64,000 bases of DNA, from NCBI GenBank assembly GCA_965113315.1, contig OZ220382.1, one strand, 5' to 3'. Of the stretch, positions 11,479 through 24,766 are shown piece after piece (within the stretch, counting starts at the first letter, position 1; each line of letters begins with the position of its first letter). A program made the translations under genes and the position numbers. Source of the stretch: Podarcis vaucheri. Taxonomy: Eukaryota. A model generated the notes under the pieces. That model had not been told where the DNA came from. It did no database searches and saw nothing but the letters and a program-made list of their open reading frames with translations.

Positions 11479-13931
11479 CTTGTTGAAAAAACACACAAGT
11501 CCATAACAAACATAGTTGCACATATTTCCAATTTGTTTTCACTTCCAGATTAGAATTGAATTTTTCTTTCTTTGTGCTGTTTCATACACAGTCATACACA
11601 GAGGTTCATCAGACTCAGCATCCATATTTCTATGCAATGTGGACTGAAAAACAATTGTTCTAGAAAACTGTACTTCATAAAATAATTAAAGTTCCATTGA
11701 AAATCAGTTTAGATTACATAGGTGTGGAAGAAGATTCCGTATCCTATAGTGAGCTAGATTAGAGCAATATGGCATTCTGTTGCTGAGAGTCCTTTATTTG
11801 TTTATATGTTGACAGTCTATAATGTGCTTTTCAGACTATAAAGTATGCCTGTCTGTGCAACCACAGAATAGAATGCATGACATATTGAGTAAAATCATGC
11901 TAGTCTTTTGATCTGTCAGTTTTGGATATATTTAATTAGCCTTGGTTGCTGTGGTCCTCTAAAGCATTTTGTTCATTAAAATGCTGTAGTCAGCAATTGA
12001 CTGATTATAAAATGTGAAACAGCACAATCCATTCTGCATGGGAGGATGGGGAAGTTCTTATTACTGAAAGCAGTTGTATCAATATGAGATGTTGTCTCTT
12101 CAATTGCTAAACAGCTTCTTGGATGGGGAGAATTGGCTCTGAGAACAGGTGTTGTGTGGTCTGTACCCAAAAGTTGAATCCCACTCAATCCTGAATATCC
12201 TTTCCATAGTAAAAGTTTCTCTCTCGTTGTAGCCCTTTCTGCAGGAATGGGCAAGCATCTTCACCACCAGAAGGATAAATTTTCAGGGACTCAACCGATT
12301 GTCCTCTTATGTTGACTTAAGCAACATCATTTCACATCCTCTGTGTGCATAGAGCTATAATCTGTATGAGCCTTCTCCTGCTGAGAGGTACTCCCTGGCA
12401 GAATTAGGGAAGTGCACACCAACAATCCTGACGGGTCAGTTTTAGAAGTTTGGGTTGGGATGCAGGAGGTATTTTTCAAACTTCAATATTTTTCTGCAAA
12501 TGTTTGGGTTCTATTATCTGTAGAGAGATTTTCTCAACCACCCTACCCTCACCACCCCAACCCATTTAGGTTACCAAGATGCCTAAACACAGACAACCCA
12601 GTTTAGAAGTATGAAGATAAATTAGATGCTCTGCTATTTATTGGCCATCCCAAGTGAGGCTTTAAAAAAAAAAATCTAGTTTGGCATCCTGTTTGTGTGT
12701 TTGCTTGTTTCTCTTCTGAACTTTGAGCAGGAATTGTTTGGACAGAATTTTACTTTTTATGTTCAAACTCCAGCTCCTGTTTTCAAGAGGGCCGGGAAAG
12801 GTGCAAAATGCACTGTAATGCAACACATCTCTTGAGTGCTCATCTGGGAAGCCTTTATTCTATTTAAGGCCACTTTGCATGTTGCAAGCTTCCTACTTTG
12901 GGACATCTGTGCAAGAAACTACTTGTCTACCAGACTGAACAGATGGCAGTTGGAACTTGATTAAAATAGTTTTTGTTTTGTTTTTACATCTAGTTAATAT
13001 ATATTTATTTAAAATAAATATATATTAAAATTGCTTACTGTTTCATTTTCTTAGGGCAATAATGGAGGCATTAAGATGCAATTGCGCCAACCAACAGATA
13101 AACAGTGCATATGTCTTCCACACACACACACACACCCGCTCTTGAAACCTCCACAGAGACTGTTAAAGTTGTCTTTGGCTTCCTATGCTGTGAAAGGATT
13201 TTACAGCTGAACTGCTTGCCAGAAATAACATTGGCATGGGAATTGATAATGGTGTCAGCTATGTTGCAAGAGAGTCATAGACATTTGTATTTTCAGAAGA
13301 GAAACTAGATTTAACCTTGGGCATTTTGTGCAGGATCTGATGAATTTTATTTAGCATCCTGAGAATCTCAGCAGGTTTTATGTGCAGAGATACAGGCACC
13401 CAAGCTGTTTTCAGACTAATCCCACAGCACAAGGCAAGTCAGAGCCCACACCTGTGATATGACAATGGCAAACCTTCGCTGCAGTGCAAACTATGCTGTA
13501 TATTGCCTATCAAGGCCCTGCAGTGAGAGAGAGGCCGAAAGGCCCAGCATATCGGAAATTTAAACTTGCCCTGGGTGTTGTGCCAAGGGCCACAATTGGT
13601 CAGTTGGTCCCGTGCCCAGGGGAACAACCACTAATTCCTGCTGCCATTGGCCAATTTGGTGGCAGGAGGACGATCTGGCCTGCAATAGGGCAGTTCACAA
13701 GGAGGCCCGGGGCCCTCCCACAAAACCAACTGCCTGTGAAAGGGTGAACAAACTTTCCAAACTACTGCATACCTCTGTTAGGAATCTGTTCACCACTATT
13801 GCACTACTTGAATTTGCTGGTGTTCTAGTGGACCTTAATTTTGGAAGCGTCTCACTTAAGTTAATCCACACTCGTGCAATATTCACTTAAGTTAATCTGC
13901 ACTGGTGCAATAATCTGCACTGGTGCAATAT

Positions 13932-14306
13932 GGATGCGGGTGGTGGTGTGGTCTAAACCACTGAGCCTCTTGGCCTTGCCAACAGAAGGTCGACAGTTTG
14001 AATCTGCAAGATGGGGTGAGCTTCCGTTGCTCTGTCCCAGCTTCTGCCAACCTAGCAGTTCGAAAGCATACCAGCGCGAGTAGATAAATAGGTACCGCTG
14101 TGGCAGGAAGGTAAGTGGCATTTCCGTGCGCTCTGGCACTCGTCATGGTCCTCTGTGCACCAGTAGCGGTTTAAGTCATGCTGACCACATGACCCAGAAA
14201 GCTATCTGGACAAGCGCTGACTCCTTCGCCCTGAAAAGTGAGATGAATTCTGCACCCCATAGTCACCTTTGACTGGACTTAACTCTCCAGGGGGTCCTTT
14301 ACCTTT
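13932..14306 (+). mobile_element. Sauria SINE, older copy
   Basis: Decayed tRNA-like head, core GCCAACCTAGCAGTTCGAAAGCA...AGTAGATAAATAGGTACC, CCTTTACCTTTA tail. Confidence 0.9.
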
Positions 14307-14625
14307 ATATTAGTATCCACTATAATGTGCTTATAGTAAAGTAATACTGTGAATCTTGTATTTCAAGGCACCTAGAGGTATTTTTCTTCTCAGCTGTAGG
14401 ACAGCTGTGTTCTACAGAATAATGAAAAAGTCGTTTTATTTTTTAAAAAAACTTATCTCCATGTTTGGGATAAATGTTAAAATATGTGCAACAGTATGCA
14501 GAGAATGATCTATGTAGGCTTTTATCAGAGATATTATAATGATATATTTCTTGGCAGCAAAAAATAGATGTCTCTATGGGTGGTTAATAAGATGCATGCT
14601 TATATCCATATGCCAGTCGAAATTT

Positions 14626-14929
14626 ATAGAATCATAGTATCTTAGAGTTGGAAGGTACCCCAGGGGTCATCTAGTCCAATCCCCTGCAATGCAGGAATGT
14701 CAGCTAAAGCATCCATGACAGATGGCCACCCAACCTCTGCTTAAAAACCTCCAAGGAAGGAGACACCTAAACCTCCTGAGGGAGACTGTTCCACTGTCAA
14801 ACTGCTCTTGCAGTCAGAAAGTTTTTCCTGATGTTTAGTTGTAATCTTCTTTCTTGTAATTTGAAGCCATTGGCTTGAGTCCTACCCTCCAGAGCAGGAG
14901 ATAACAAGCTTATTACATCTTCCATGTGA
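14626..14929 (-). mobile_element. CR1 LINE 3' end
   Basis: ATAGAATCATAG...AGAGTTGGAAGG...TCATCTAGTCCAA is the reverse complement of the typical CR1 3' UTR and ATTCTATG tail. Confidence 0.88.
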
Positions 14930-15210
14930 TTCCTTGCTTGTTCTTTTTAAAAAGCCACTTGAACCAGTTTGAGTTACTACATTTTTATAATTTGAAGCTT
15001 TAGCAAGTATTTATCTCTACCATCATCACCCCCAAATCCTACAGATGTTGTGTTCTTAGAGTCCAAATGAACAGGAAAAATACAGATCCCCCCTTGTTTG
15101 TTGTTGAAATTAGAATCAGTATTTTACCAGGCTTTCATCAACGGTGAAGCAAGATATAGATTGCAGTCCTGCTGCCAGTCAAAGCATGTTTGACGTTTCA
15201 CGAAACAGTA

Positions 15211-15422
15211 CAGTGGATGCTCAGGTTGCGAACATGATCCATGTGGGATGCACGTTTGCAACCCGCAACGGCGTGTCTGCGCACGCGCGGGTTTTGATTT
15301 GGTCTTCTGCGCATGCGCGGCCACCGAAACCCAGAAGTAACCCGTTCCGGTACTTCCAGGTTTTGGCAGTCCGCAACCCAAAAAAACGCAACCTGAAGCG
15401 TCTGTAATTTAAGGTATGACTG
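15211..15422. mobile_element. Tigger/pogo-like (Tc1/mariner superfamily) MITE
   Basis: TA|CAGT...ACTG|TA ends; CpG-rich interior shares GCAACC/AACCTGAAGCGTCTGTAA motifs with the 48785 copy. Confidence 0.75.
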
Positions 15423-18400
15423 TATAAATGCTGCTGTGCCAAGAGGGGGTGGTGGCATTCAGGGGGCATGCTGTAGGCAATCATGGATTTGCAGAGTCTG
15501 AAGCCTTTTGTTCTTCTGACATGGCCGCAAAATTGGCCTCAAAGCATGTCAGCCCTTTGACTGGCATTGCCATTCCTCTCCCATTGGAGTCAGTGTGAGG
15601 AAACATAAAAAATTCTACCCCTCTACCTTGATGTTTAGCAGTTGCGCTGCCTTGGAATCCCTACTCCACAATTGCTCTATTTGTTTATTAAATCAAATTT
15701 AAAGCAAAAAGACAACTGGCGCTAATAGTCACAAGAAGCAACACCGTACCCAAATACCATATTTTTTCTCAGAACATGGGAAAGAAAGCCATCAGAGGAC
15801 AAATAGAATTAAACATGACACCCTAGGTAGAGTCATCCTTTCTTGAGGAAAACTTAAATTGCAGTTGAACATCTACTGGATGCCCTGCATGTTATTCTAT
15901 GCAAACTGAGCATGTGCCCCACAACACTCGCTTGTGGCAATGCATTTTAGGGGAAGTTCTTAGCATAAAGTACTTTTTAGGACGCTTCTTATCAGAATGC
16001 TGTGATAGCCTTCAAAGAAAGGTTCATCAGGCATGGATAGTTTACTTTGTTATATGTAACAGAAATGCTTTTTATGATTAATGTAGTAATATGGCCTTCT
16101 TAATGAAAATATAATAGTGCCCCCCACCAGAACTCTTTGAGTTGTACACCCCTGGTCTACAGCTACATTAATGCAATTTTCTATGAACAATATTGCTCAA
16201 TATGTATTACTATACAGGAAAAAGTGGGCCTTGTTACTGTAGTTTTTCTTGCAAAGTTACTTGATGAATGGAAATAATGGATGGAAGTGCTACAGAGGGT
16301 GCTACAAATATCACATTCTGACTGAGTTTGCAGTTGTCATGTCTTGGAGAATATTGTCATTTTCTTGTGGTGCTCTTCAAAACTCGTAGAAGGCAGAGCG
16401 TATTGGTAGCGTCCCTTTGATAGTGTTTGCACAGAATAAAAGAAAGGGCCACACTAGTTTTATTTCTAAGATGTAACTGAAAATAAAATATGTTGAATTT
16501 CAGCTACAAAACTAAGATGGGGAATAAATTCAACACAAGAGGGTTGCACACCACAGTTAAAAAATAGTAATGTAAAACAGCATACTATATAACATACTGG
16601 AACCTCTCTTCCCCCCCCCCCCCATAACTTATTTAGAGTTAAGGAGTTTGTTGCAGCTGTACTTCTTGTCACACAGCATTTTTTTAAAAAACCCAATGTG
16701 TCTATTTTGCAGCAATTTAATGTACTGTATGTGCACTGGGAAGTTGTGCCTAATGCCTATAGAAAGCTGCCAGAGAGAACAGGGTTTAAGCTTATTTTTA
16801 CAGGAGAATGTATTTCTGATGAGTTTCATCCTGCAATGCTCAGCATCTTTACAAAAAAATGAATATTTGTATTCATTGGATGAAATTTCCAGACTATTAA
16901 AGCAGGCGGTGGACATCATAGTTGCACTTGAATTTGTTTCCAGGCACATTTTACAATAGATAAGTTCCTTTTTAGAAATGCTATAATCTCAGTTCATTCT
17001 TCCTATCCCCCTTTCCCATTGCTGATGTTTAAAAAAATAACTTATTTAAAAATGGTGGGGAAGATAAATTAATCAGATAGAGCTTTGCAAAATTGTTAGT
17101 TAAATGATACTATAGAAGGGCTTTAGGAACTCTGCAGTTTATGATACATTTCCAGCATCTCCCTTGGAGCCAAGGACGTTTTCCATGACTGAATAAAGGA
17201 AAATACAGTTTTGTAGGTACTGCGTTCAGATCCAAGTTCTTTAGAGTGGGAAGTAGGTGTCCCTAAGGAGGTGCTAGTAAGTTGGAAGAGCAAATTATTC
17301 TTGGTCCCCTGGCAGTATGAACAGTAGAAAGAATCTGTAGTAATAAGGTAATTGTTTAATCTCTCTGCAGGGGTGCAACTCTAGCTCCTGCAGGAGTAAC
17401 ACAGTTAGAAATTTCCTGGGTAGGTGGGTTGCATCCAGCTGTTTCCAAACCTAAGCCAAGGACACTATCCTTAAATTTTGGGGAGGGCCAGGCGATTTTC
17501 TTAATATTTAGAAGCTTCGTTTTGCTAAGAATTGTGAAGTTTGCCTTGGAATGAAGTTTTTTTTTAAAAAAATGTTTGCAACACAAAAAACCACACTTTA
17601 TTTCTCTATTCTAGAAAATGTATTTCACACATTTTAGAAAATATATTTCATGCAGGGTTACTTGGGCAATAAACAAAAAGAATTGAAAAACTGTAGTCCT
17701 TATGTAATAGGACTAAGAATTAAAAGTGGTGTCTTGCAGTTAATGATGCATTCCTGTCAGGGATGCAAACAATTGGGAGGAAAAAATGTATTAATGCTAT
17801 ATTTTTGAAATCTTGCGCAAGCAGTTGCAGACATCCTCTTGCAGTGCAACTATTATATTCTATGGGTTACATCAAAGGATGAGAAACATGGTGAGCTGAA
17901 AACACAGGCTGAAGCATATGCACGCTAGCAGGTCATCAAAATGTAAGGAGCTCATACAAAGTTTTCCAGAGGAGCTTGTGCAAATGCAACAATTTATTTG
18001 GCTCTAGGCTTGTTTTTCTCACCCAACATTCTTTACTAGCTCAAAATGGCCCTTCCATATGCAGAAAATGCTTTCTGCCAATGGAAGTGGCATTGGATCG
18101 AAGGTACAAATCTAGTGTTTGGTGCTGTGAATTCCTCCTATTTCTGAATAAGAAATGGTTTCTGTTCAACTGCTACCTTTTGGGATCATGGAGAAGAAAA
18201 AGTGGGGAAAAGCTCCTACCAAGCATAGGAACACAGAAATGTATTTTTATATAAATAGTATTTAAATTTAGGTATTATTATTAAATTTAGGTATTATTAG
18301 GTAGCCATGGCTAAGAAATATGCAAGGTTTTATACCTGGCCACAATAATGGAATCTATTTAGATCCTGACATTAAATGATTGCAGAAGGGCCATGTGAAT

Positions 18401-19740
18401 TCACCATCAGTAGTCCAGAATGCTGTAGTTTTAGTTATTGACTACATTCTTCCAGGACCTAGAACAAATTTGTCTGGAGTATGTGCTCTAAAAAACTCTA
18501 TTTCTATTCCTTGCCATGAAAACCAGTACTTTGCAGCATTAATAATAAATCATGCAAATGAATGTAATTATAAACATTACCTTGTAATTATTTATTTACT
18601 ACATGGCTGTTTTCAGTTTTGCCAGTCAAGAGACTAGCAGAACAAGGAATCTTGCAAGGCACTGAAGCTATGCCCTTGGAAATCTTACTCAGCCTGATTT
18701 CAACAGGCTACCCACTTTCAAGCATAGTTTGCTAGGAAACTAGCAAGGAACTACATGCTTGCTTTTTAAAAGAAACTGGAAGTTGTTTATCTCAGGAAAC
18801 TGAATTCTGTGACTTCTCTGTGTTCCCTTAGAATTGCAGCATACTCAAGACTGGAGTCAACTTAACCCAGTATTGCTTGCATAAGCTAGCACAAGGGGAC
18901 TTTCCTCCCTCTCCTTCCCCCATGCTTCCCCCAAATATGCTCTGGAGAGTTGGGAGAACCCCAGAACAGCACATAGAAAGAGATCTAGCAAGCCATCTAG
19001 CAAGCAGAAATGCTTATGTTGATGGAACAATTGTATTCGTGTATAGAATTCCACCCTCACAGTTGTGCATATTAGACATAGTTTAAGGGCCCTTTTTAAA
19101 TATAGTAACAGCTTTGTTCGTAGCTCTATTCAAATGTTTTGTTGTAGAATGAGACCATTTGGCAAGTAGTTTGACAAAAACATATTACTTTAATCCTACC
19201 CACAGAAAATAGCAAGTCTAATAAATTATGGCACTACGAAAGCTACTCCTTTATTCTTAGTGACGTTCATGAGAATGTTTTTCTCCAGCACTACTGTCTG
19301 AGGCTTATGTGCAGCTTCTTTCCAGTTTTTGTTGTGGAACACTCTTTCCTGGCGCTTGAAAAATTGTATCCGTCACGTTTTATTTTCTCCTGGGATTTGT
19401 AAAGAAGTTTAAACTCACTGTGACACTATCAATGAAATTTTGCCCGAATTGTAAGTGTTTCTGTTGAATTTATGATTTACTACATATGTCATAAGTTGAC
19501 AAAATATATTTCTGTATATAGCTTTAAAATATGATGCCATATTTCTCTCCCCCCCCCAACCACATTTGGCCTAGTTATGGAATTAAATGTTGAACATGTA
19601 GTGCTGTTGTTCTTACTTTGTCATAGTAATGATTATGTATGGATTTGCTTCACTAAATTTGGAAGGGTATTTCAGGATTAACAAAACGTGTTTACAAGTA
19701 AAATTTTATATCTTGCCTTCAGTGATGGGATACATATAGA

Positions 19741-19795
19741 TGTTCCCAGGTGGTTTCCCATCCAGGCACTTGTCAGATTCAGACCTCATCAGACT
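19741..19795 (-). mobile_element. Degenerate 5S-rRNA-derived fragment, probably a SINE head
   Basis: TTCCCAGGTGGTTTCCCATCCAGGCACT resembles the reverse complement of the 5S rRNA internal control region (TTCCCAGGCGGTCTCCCATCCAAGTACT). Confidence 0.45.
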
Positions 19796-19924
19796 ATGTT
19801 CTGTAAACTTTGATATGAATTTCTCATTTCTGTTCCCTAAGACCAAGGTTATGATCTGAAAATAGACATCATACTAAACTCTGTCAGAAGCCCCCTTTTT
19901 AAGCAACTACTAAGTTACTGAACA

Positions 19925-20285
19925 GGGGACGCGGGTGGCGCTGTGGGCTAAAGCCTCAGCGCCTAGGGCTTGCCGATCGAAAGGTCGGCGGTTCGAATCC
20001 CCGCGGCGGGGTGCGCTCCCGCTGCTCGGTCCCAGCGCCTGCCAACCTAGCAGTTCGAAAGCACCCCCGGGGGCAAGTAGATAAATAGGTACCGCTTACC
20101 AGCGGGAAGGTAAACGGCGTTCCGTGTGCGGCTCTGGCTCGCCAGAGCAGCGTTGTCACGCTGGCCACGTGACCCGGAAGTGTCTCCGGACAGCGCTGGC
20201 CCCCGGCCAATAGATGTGAGATGGGCGCACAAACCCCAGAGTCTGTCAAGACTGGCCCGCTCGGGCAGGGGTACCTTTACCTTTT
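19925..20285 (+). mobile_element. Young full-length Sauria SINE
   Basis: A-box TGGCGCTGTGG, B-box GGTTCGAATCC, ACCTTT tail, CpGs intact; perfect 14-bp TSD TAAGTTACTGAACA (19911-19924, 20286-20299). Confidence 0.96.
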
Positions 20286-22302
20286 TAAGTTACTGAACAC
20301 TATGCTAAATTATAGTTTAGCACTACAGAATGAGTCTGAACAGGATAGGGCTTACATATCCACCTCTTTTCCTCTGACATGGCCATGAGATTGGAAGGTT
20401 TTGTTTCCATTTTCAGCTTCCAATAGTTATGTACTTCCATCCAAATTAGAAACTGTGCCAATATTTACTATGGTTCAGGGAAACAAGCTAGCATAATCAA
20501 CTGTGTTTTGACATTGGCTTGTTCTTCAACCAGTGTGGCCAACATTTGGCCCTCCAGATGTTGTTGGACTCTATCTCCCATCAGCTCCAGCCAGCATTGC
20601 CAATGACCAGAGATGATCAGTTTTGTAGTCTGATAACAACTAGAGGGTCAAAGGTTAGTGACCCTCACACAAAACCATAGTTAACACAAATTATTGTTTG
20701 TTTGGGCACAGCCATAACATGCAGCTACGCTTAGTTGGAAATGGGAGCAACAGGTTGTATCTCTTTTTGTCTCTACTAGAAGAGAACAGGTTAATGGGGA
20801 AGAATTCAAGTCTACAGACACATGTGAGTACCACTAAATCATAGTTTAATGTTACGTGTGAATCTGACAATATGCCATGGTGGCAATGGGGGAAAGCTTA
20901 GGGCAAGTTAAAGTAGTGTTGGCTTTGTCTTCATGCTTCTGCATTCAGTCTTGATTGGCCTTCAGTATGAATATGCTCTCATCTGCTAAAAACCTATCTG
21001 GTGTCATACCAATGACAGTCTGATGAAACTGGAATTCAGCAACTTGATTCTTTTCTTTTGTTCCCATGTGCTAACATTCATGTGAATAGTCTCTAAGACT
21101 ACAGTCTTTACACACATTCTAAGAAGTAATCCTCATTAAGCACTCTGAGGCATACTTTCAAGTCAATATGCATAGACTAGACAATAGGATGTTCCTATCT
21201 AGTCCAAATATCTTTAAATCCCTCACGCCGAGCAGAGCTACTGCTTCAGCTGGATGGAGGAAGTAACATGAACTAATGGGACCTTCTCAGCAGAGATTTG
21301 TGCAAGTAAATGCCTATGCCTCTCATGAAATTTCAAAATGCTAAGTAGTCCCATCTATGCCTATATCCTTTCTTTGATGTGGCTATAGCTTTGCGTGTCT
21401 TTTTAAACATTTGTTTATGAGATCTTGCTGCCTAACTTTATTCTCCCCCTCATGCTTCCACTTAGGTTCCTCTTATGGGCCATGAGAAAGCCAAACTATT
21501 GTCTCTTGTTTAATAGTGCTTTCAGTACTGTGTATATGGCAAATGATTCTCTGATGAAATTTTGCGCTCCTCTTCTGAGTAACACAATACCCAAAGGTGC
21601 AGTCATCCAGAAACCTGTGGCTGAACAATGTGATGCTTAAGTGCATTTATTTATTTGTTTGTTTGTTTGTCCCCCCCCCTGCTTGTAGCATGACTTTTAA
21701 CAATGGGCTCAAGTATCAGTAACAGGGAATTTTTCTTCTTGCTACTGGTATTAAAAACAGTGTTTTACCTGTTTTTTATTTTGATTCTTTAATTGCTGCC
21801 AGGTTGCCATATTTGATGTCATGTTTTAGCCTGGAGCAAAGGTTTCTGGCCAAGTTATAATCCATTTGAAATCAAGGAGTTCATAATGGAAAAACTGATA
21901 ATAACAATAATAACATTGCTATTTGGAGTGAGGTCACCTTTTACCACTAACCATTTCCTTAGTAAAAACAATACTAGCAGAAAACACAACCATGTGTATT
22001 TAAACATGCCTGATACAGCCTGGTTTCTTTGGGCCAAAAGAGCCATGAATAGTCTTTTTGGTTGTTTTACTCAGTTTTTAAGTAACCTCTGAAATGGTCG
22101 ATGCATTAAAAAAAGAAAAGTTATGACTCCTTTTTAATAAACCTTTTTATTTGGTTGTTTTATGCTGTACATTAAAGGACCCTGGAATGTTTACGAGGCT
22201 TAATAAACTCTCAAAATCATCATAACCCAATATTTCACAAATGAGTTGATTATTTTTTCCTGCCCTTGCTATATCCTACCACCTGTCAGACTGTTTTATT
22301 TG

Positions 22303-22305
<3 letters not shown>

Positions 22306-22339
<34 letters not shown>
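22306..22339. repeat. (GT)17 microsatellite
   Basis: Direct reading. Confidence 0.97.
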
Positions 22340-22341
<2 letters not shown>

Positions 22342-23967
22342 AAGGGGCGGGGAACATGAGGCCCTCCAGATATTGTTTAACTCCCAACTTTCACCACTCT
22401 CAGCCAGCATGGCCAACATCTGGGATTGGTGAGAGTTGTAGTTAGTCCAGCAACATCTGGAGAACCACAGGCTTCCCAACCCCAGTCTGTATAAACACGT
22501 GCTCTTACAAGATAAAAAAGGTAAACTCATACAACACTGGATTGGATCCATTCTAATCCAGTTGAATTTAAATAAATAGGACTTAATTTTCAAATCATGA
22601 GTAACTTGTTCCAGTGATTTTGATTGTATCCTTCTGCTTTAACTTGAAGAAATAATTAACTTACCATTGCATATAAAAATTATGGCGCATAGGACCCTTG
22701 GCAGACCCATGATGACAAGGAGTTGCAACCTTGTACTCAGAATCGCTATAGCAGGGATGGGGACAATTTTTGAGCCCAAGGGCTGCATTTCCTCATATGC
22801 AGCTATCCATGGACTATGTACCAGTTGTGAGTAGGATCAGAGCCAACAAATGGGTTACATTGAACCCACACAATAGTTAGAGGTGGCCACCCATACACAC
22901 CCTACATCTCTCCAGCCTGTCAAGAACTACACATTATCAGAGCAAAGCAAGCTGCAATCCCTGGTTTGGACGTAACCACTAAGCTGTGGATAATGGTTTA
23001 TTACCCTTGAACCTTAGTGGGAGGAAAACAACTCAGAAAGGCACATTATTGGTAAATTATTATTGTTTACTATAACATGTGAACCGGGCCAAGACAGGTG
23101 CCTACAGTTTTAATATTTCATTGCTTGCATGAAAGTGTTTTTCTTTTGCCAAGTGTTTTTAAATAATTAATTTGATTCCATGTTGGTCATTTGTTCTGTA
23201 TCATATTATTTTTAATTGTTTTTTAACTTTATTTTATTTTATTTTATTGCACACCACTATTATACTTTCTATGAGTTAATGGTTTATAAAGGCTCAAATG
23301 AATGAATGAATGAATTGAATGAAATATCCAAATTTTCTGCATTTTAGGTCAGGCAACATGCAAAGCATCTTTAGAAAATAAGCTAATCCCATCTCTATCA
23401 CAAAGTATTGACATGTCAAATCCTGTTATTTTAAAGCAAGAATGCAAAATGTATAAAGCGGTTTCATAGCACTATCATTTGCTCACTTCATACCTTTGAT
23501 ACTGACCTCAATGATCCCATGCCTATGCAGCAAAATGGGGCTACTGAAACGTTGAGGATGTCAGTTGGATGTGACAGGGAACAAGGTGGAGTTGGATGAA
23601 ATTGGCCTGACTCTCCCCTCGCAGCTTCTGGTATTCTGGAGGGAGGATTAAGGGCAGTCCAGAATGCTCCATGCTTTTAAGAAATCAGTCTGATCTGAAG
23701 ATAGTGAGCAAAAAACTACACCTCTAGCTCCAGAGCTTAGTTGTCTTGCACTGTTGCACTCTGTGGTTTTTTCAAAGAGCTCAACCCTGCCCTGCCTGAT
23801 AATTCTCATATGTCCCCATCTTGTTATTGCAGCTGGGTGTTTATCTCACTCTTTTAAGCTCTGAGGTGTCATCATTACAACTTATACACAATAATGAGAT
23901 TGAGACTTTGTTTTATAAAGCTGTTTAGGCATTAGTGATATTTAGGTATATTGAGTACTCCACTTAC

Positions 23968-24766
23968 CTGATGGTTTGTCAGTGGAAGTTGGGATACTGG
24001 TAACTGAAGACATGGTTGGGAGAGTCGGTGGTAGAATCTTTAAATTCTGGTCACTCTGGATCTCATTGGTGGATATTTGGTTAGTGATACGATTGTAAGT
24101 GGGAGGCTGGTAGACTCGATTTGGTGGCTGTGGAGGTTGTGGGATTGGTTTAATGGAGGGTGTTCTTTGGCAGTACTCTTCTAGCTGTGCAATTATTATA
24201 GACTGGTTATTAGCAATGGATACCAAATGTTGGTACTTGTGCTCCAGGTCTTTGTATTTATTTGCAAGCTGCAACATGTCAGCAGTCTGATTCAGTATCT
24301 TATTTTCCAGTTGGGAAAGTTCTAAAGCATTGTCCCGTTTTCGGATGATCTCATGCAGCAGCTGCATGTACAACTGGGTGACCCGCGAGTTCATGTTGCG
24401 GCTCTCTTTTCGTAAAAGCTTCACCTCATTAACAATTCCTCCATCTACCTCCACCAGCTGCTGGAGGGTTTCTATTTGCCTCTTTTGCTTTAACAGCTCA
24501 TTGTTCAGTAGCTCTAGTTCTTGCTTATTTACCCTGTTTTCAAGTACTTCGGGTTCCTTTGAATTAACACAAATGGCACCCGTCACTTTCTGCTGAGGTA
24601 CAATGAAGGTATAAGTGCACTTGTCTTGTGTGTCGCTGGAGCGCTTATACCTGTTTGTGTAAATGAATTCTTGCTCCTCTCCTTCATCGCTGCCTTCGAA
24701 ATCTTGGGTCTTGCTGGCACGCACTCCCACAATAGCCATTAGCAATAAGCAAACTGCTGCCTTCAT
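23968..24766 (-). CDS. ANGPTL2: Angiopoietin-like 2, first coding exon (exon 2): signal peptide, coiled coil, Pro-rich linker
   Basis: ORF MKAAVCLLLMAIVGVRA...RYKR...DKCTYTFIVPQQKVTGAICVNSKEPEV...STDKPS(G). ATG in GACCATGA context at 24766; donor CAG|GTAAGT at 23968/23967; 799 nt, phase 1. Probable acceptor TAAAACAG|AT at 24813/24812 adds 46 nt of 5' UTR (exon 23968-24812). Confidence 0.98.

Noticed and set aside
13520-13550. GGCCGAAAGGCC, identical to the textbook hammerhead stem II
   Set aside because: The catalytic CTGANGA before it and GAAA after it are missing.
19925-20010. tRNA-like A and B boxes
   Set aside because: SINE head with TSD and tail, not a tRNA gene.
19956-20249. Repeated 97-aa and 61-aa ORFs (also 31870-32163, 33131-33316, 13874-14146)
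   Set aside because: Chance frames in GC-rich Sauria SINE copies.
21363-21371. ATATCCTTT, a U12-type 5' splice site consensus (also at ~12194)
   Set aside because: No recognisable upstream exon; a 9-mer is expected by chance in 64 kb of AT-rich DNA.
24330-24596. 88-aa + strand ORF
   Set aside because: Antisense shadow of ANGPTL2 exon 2.
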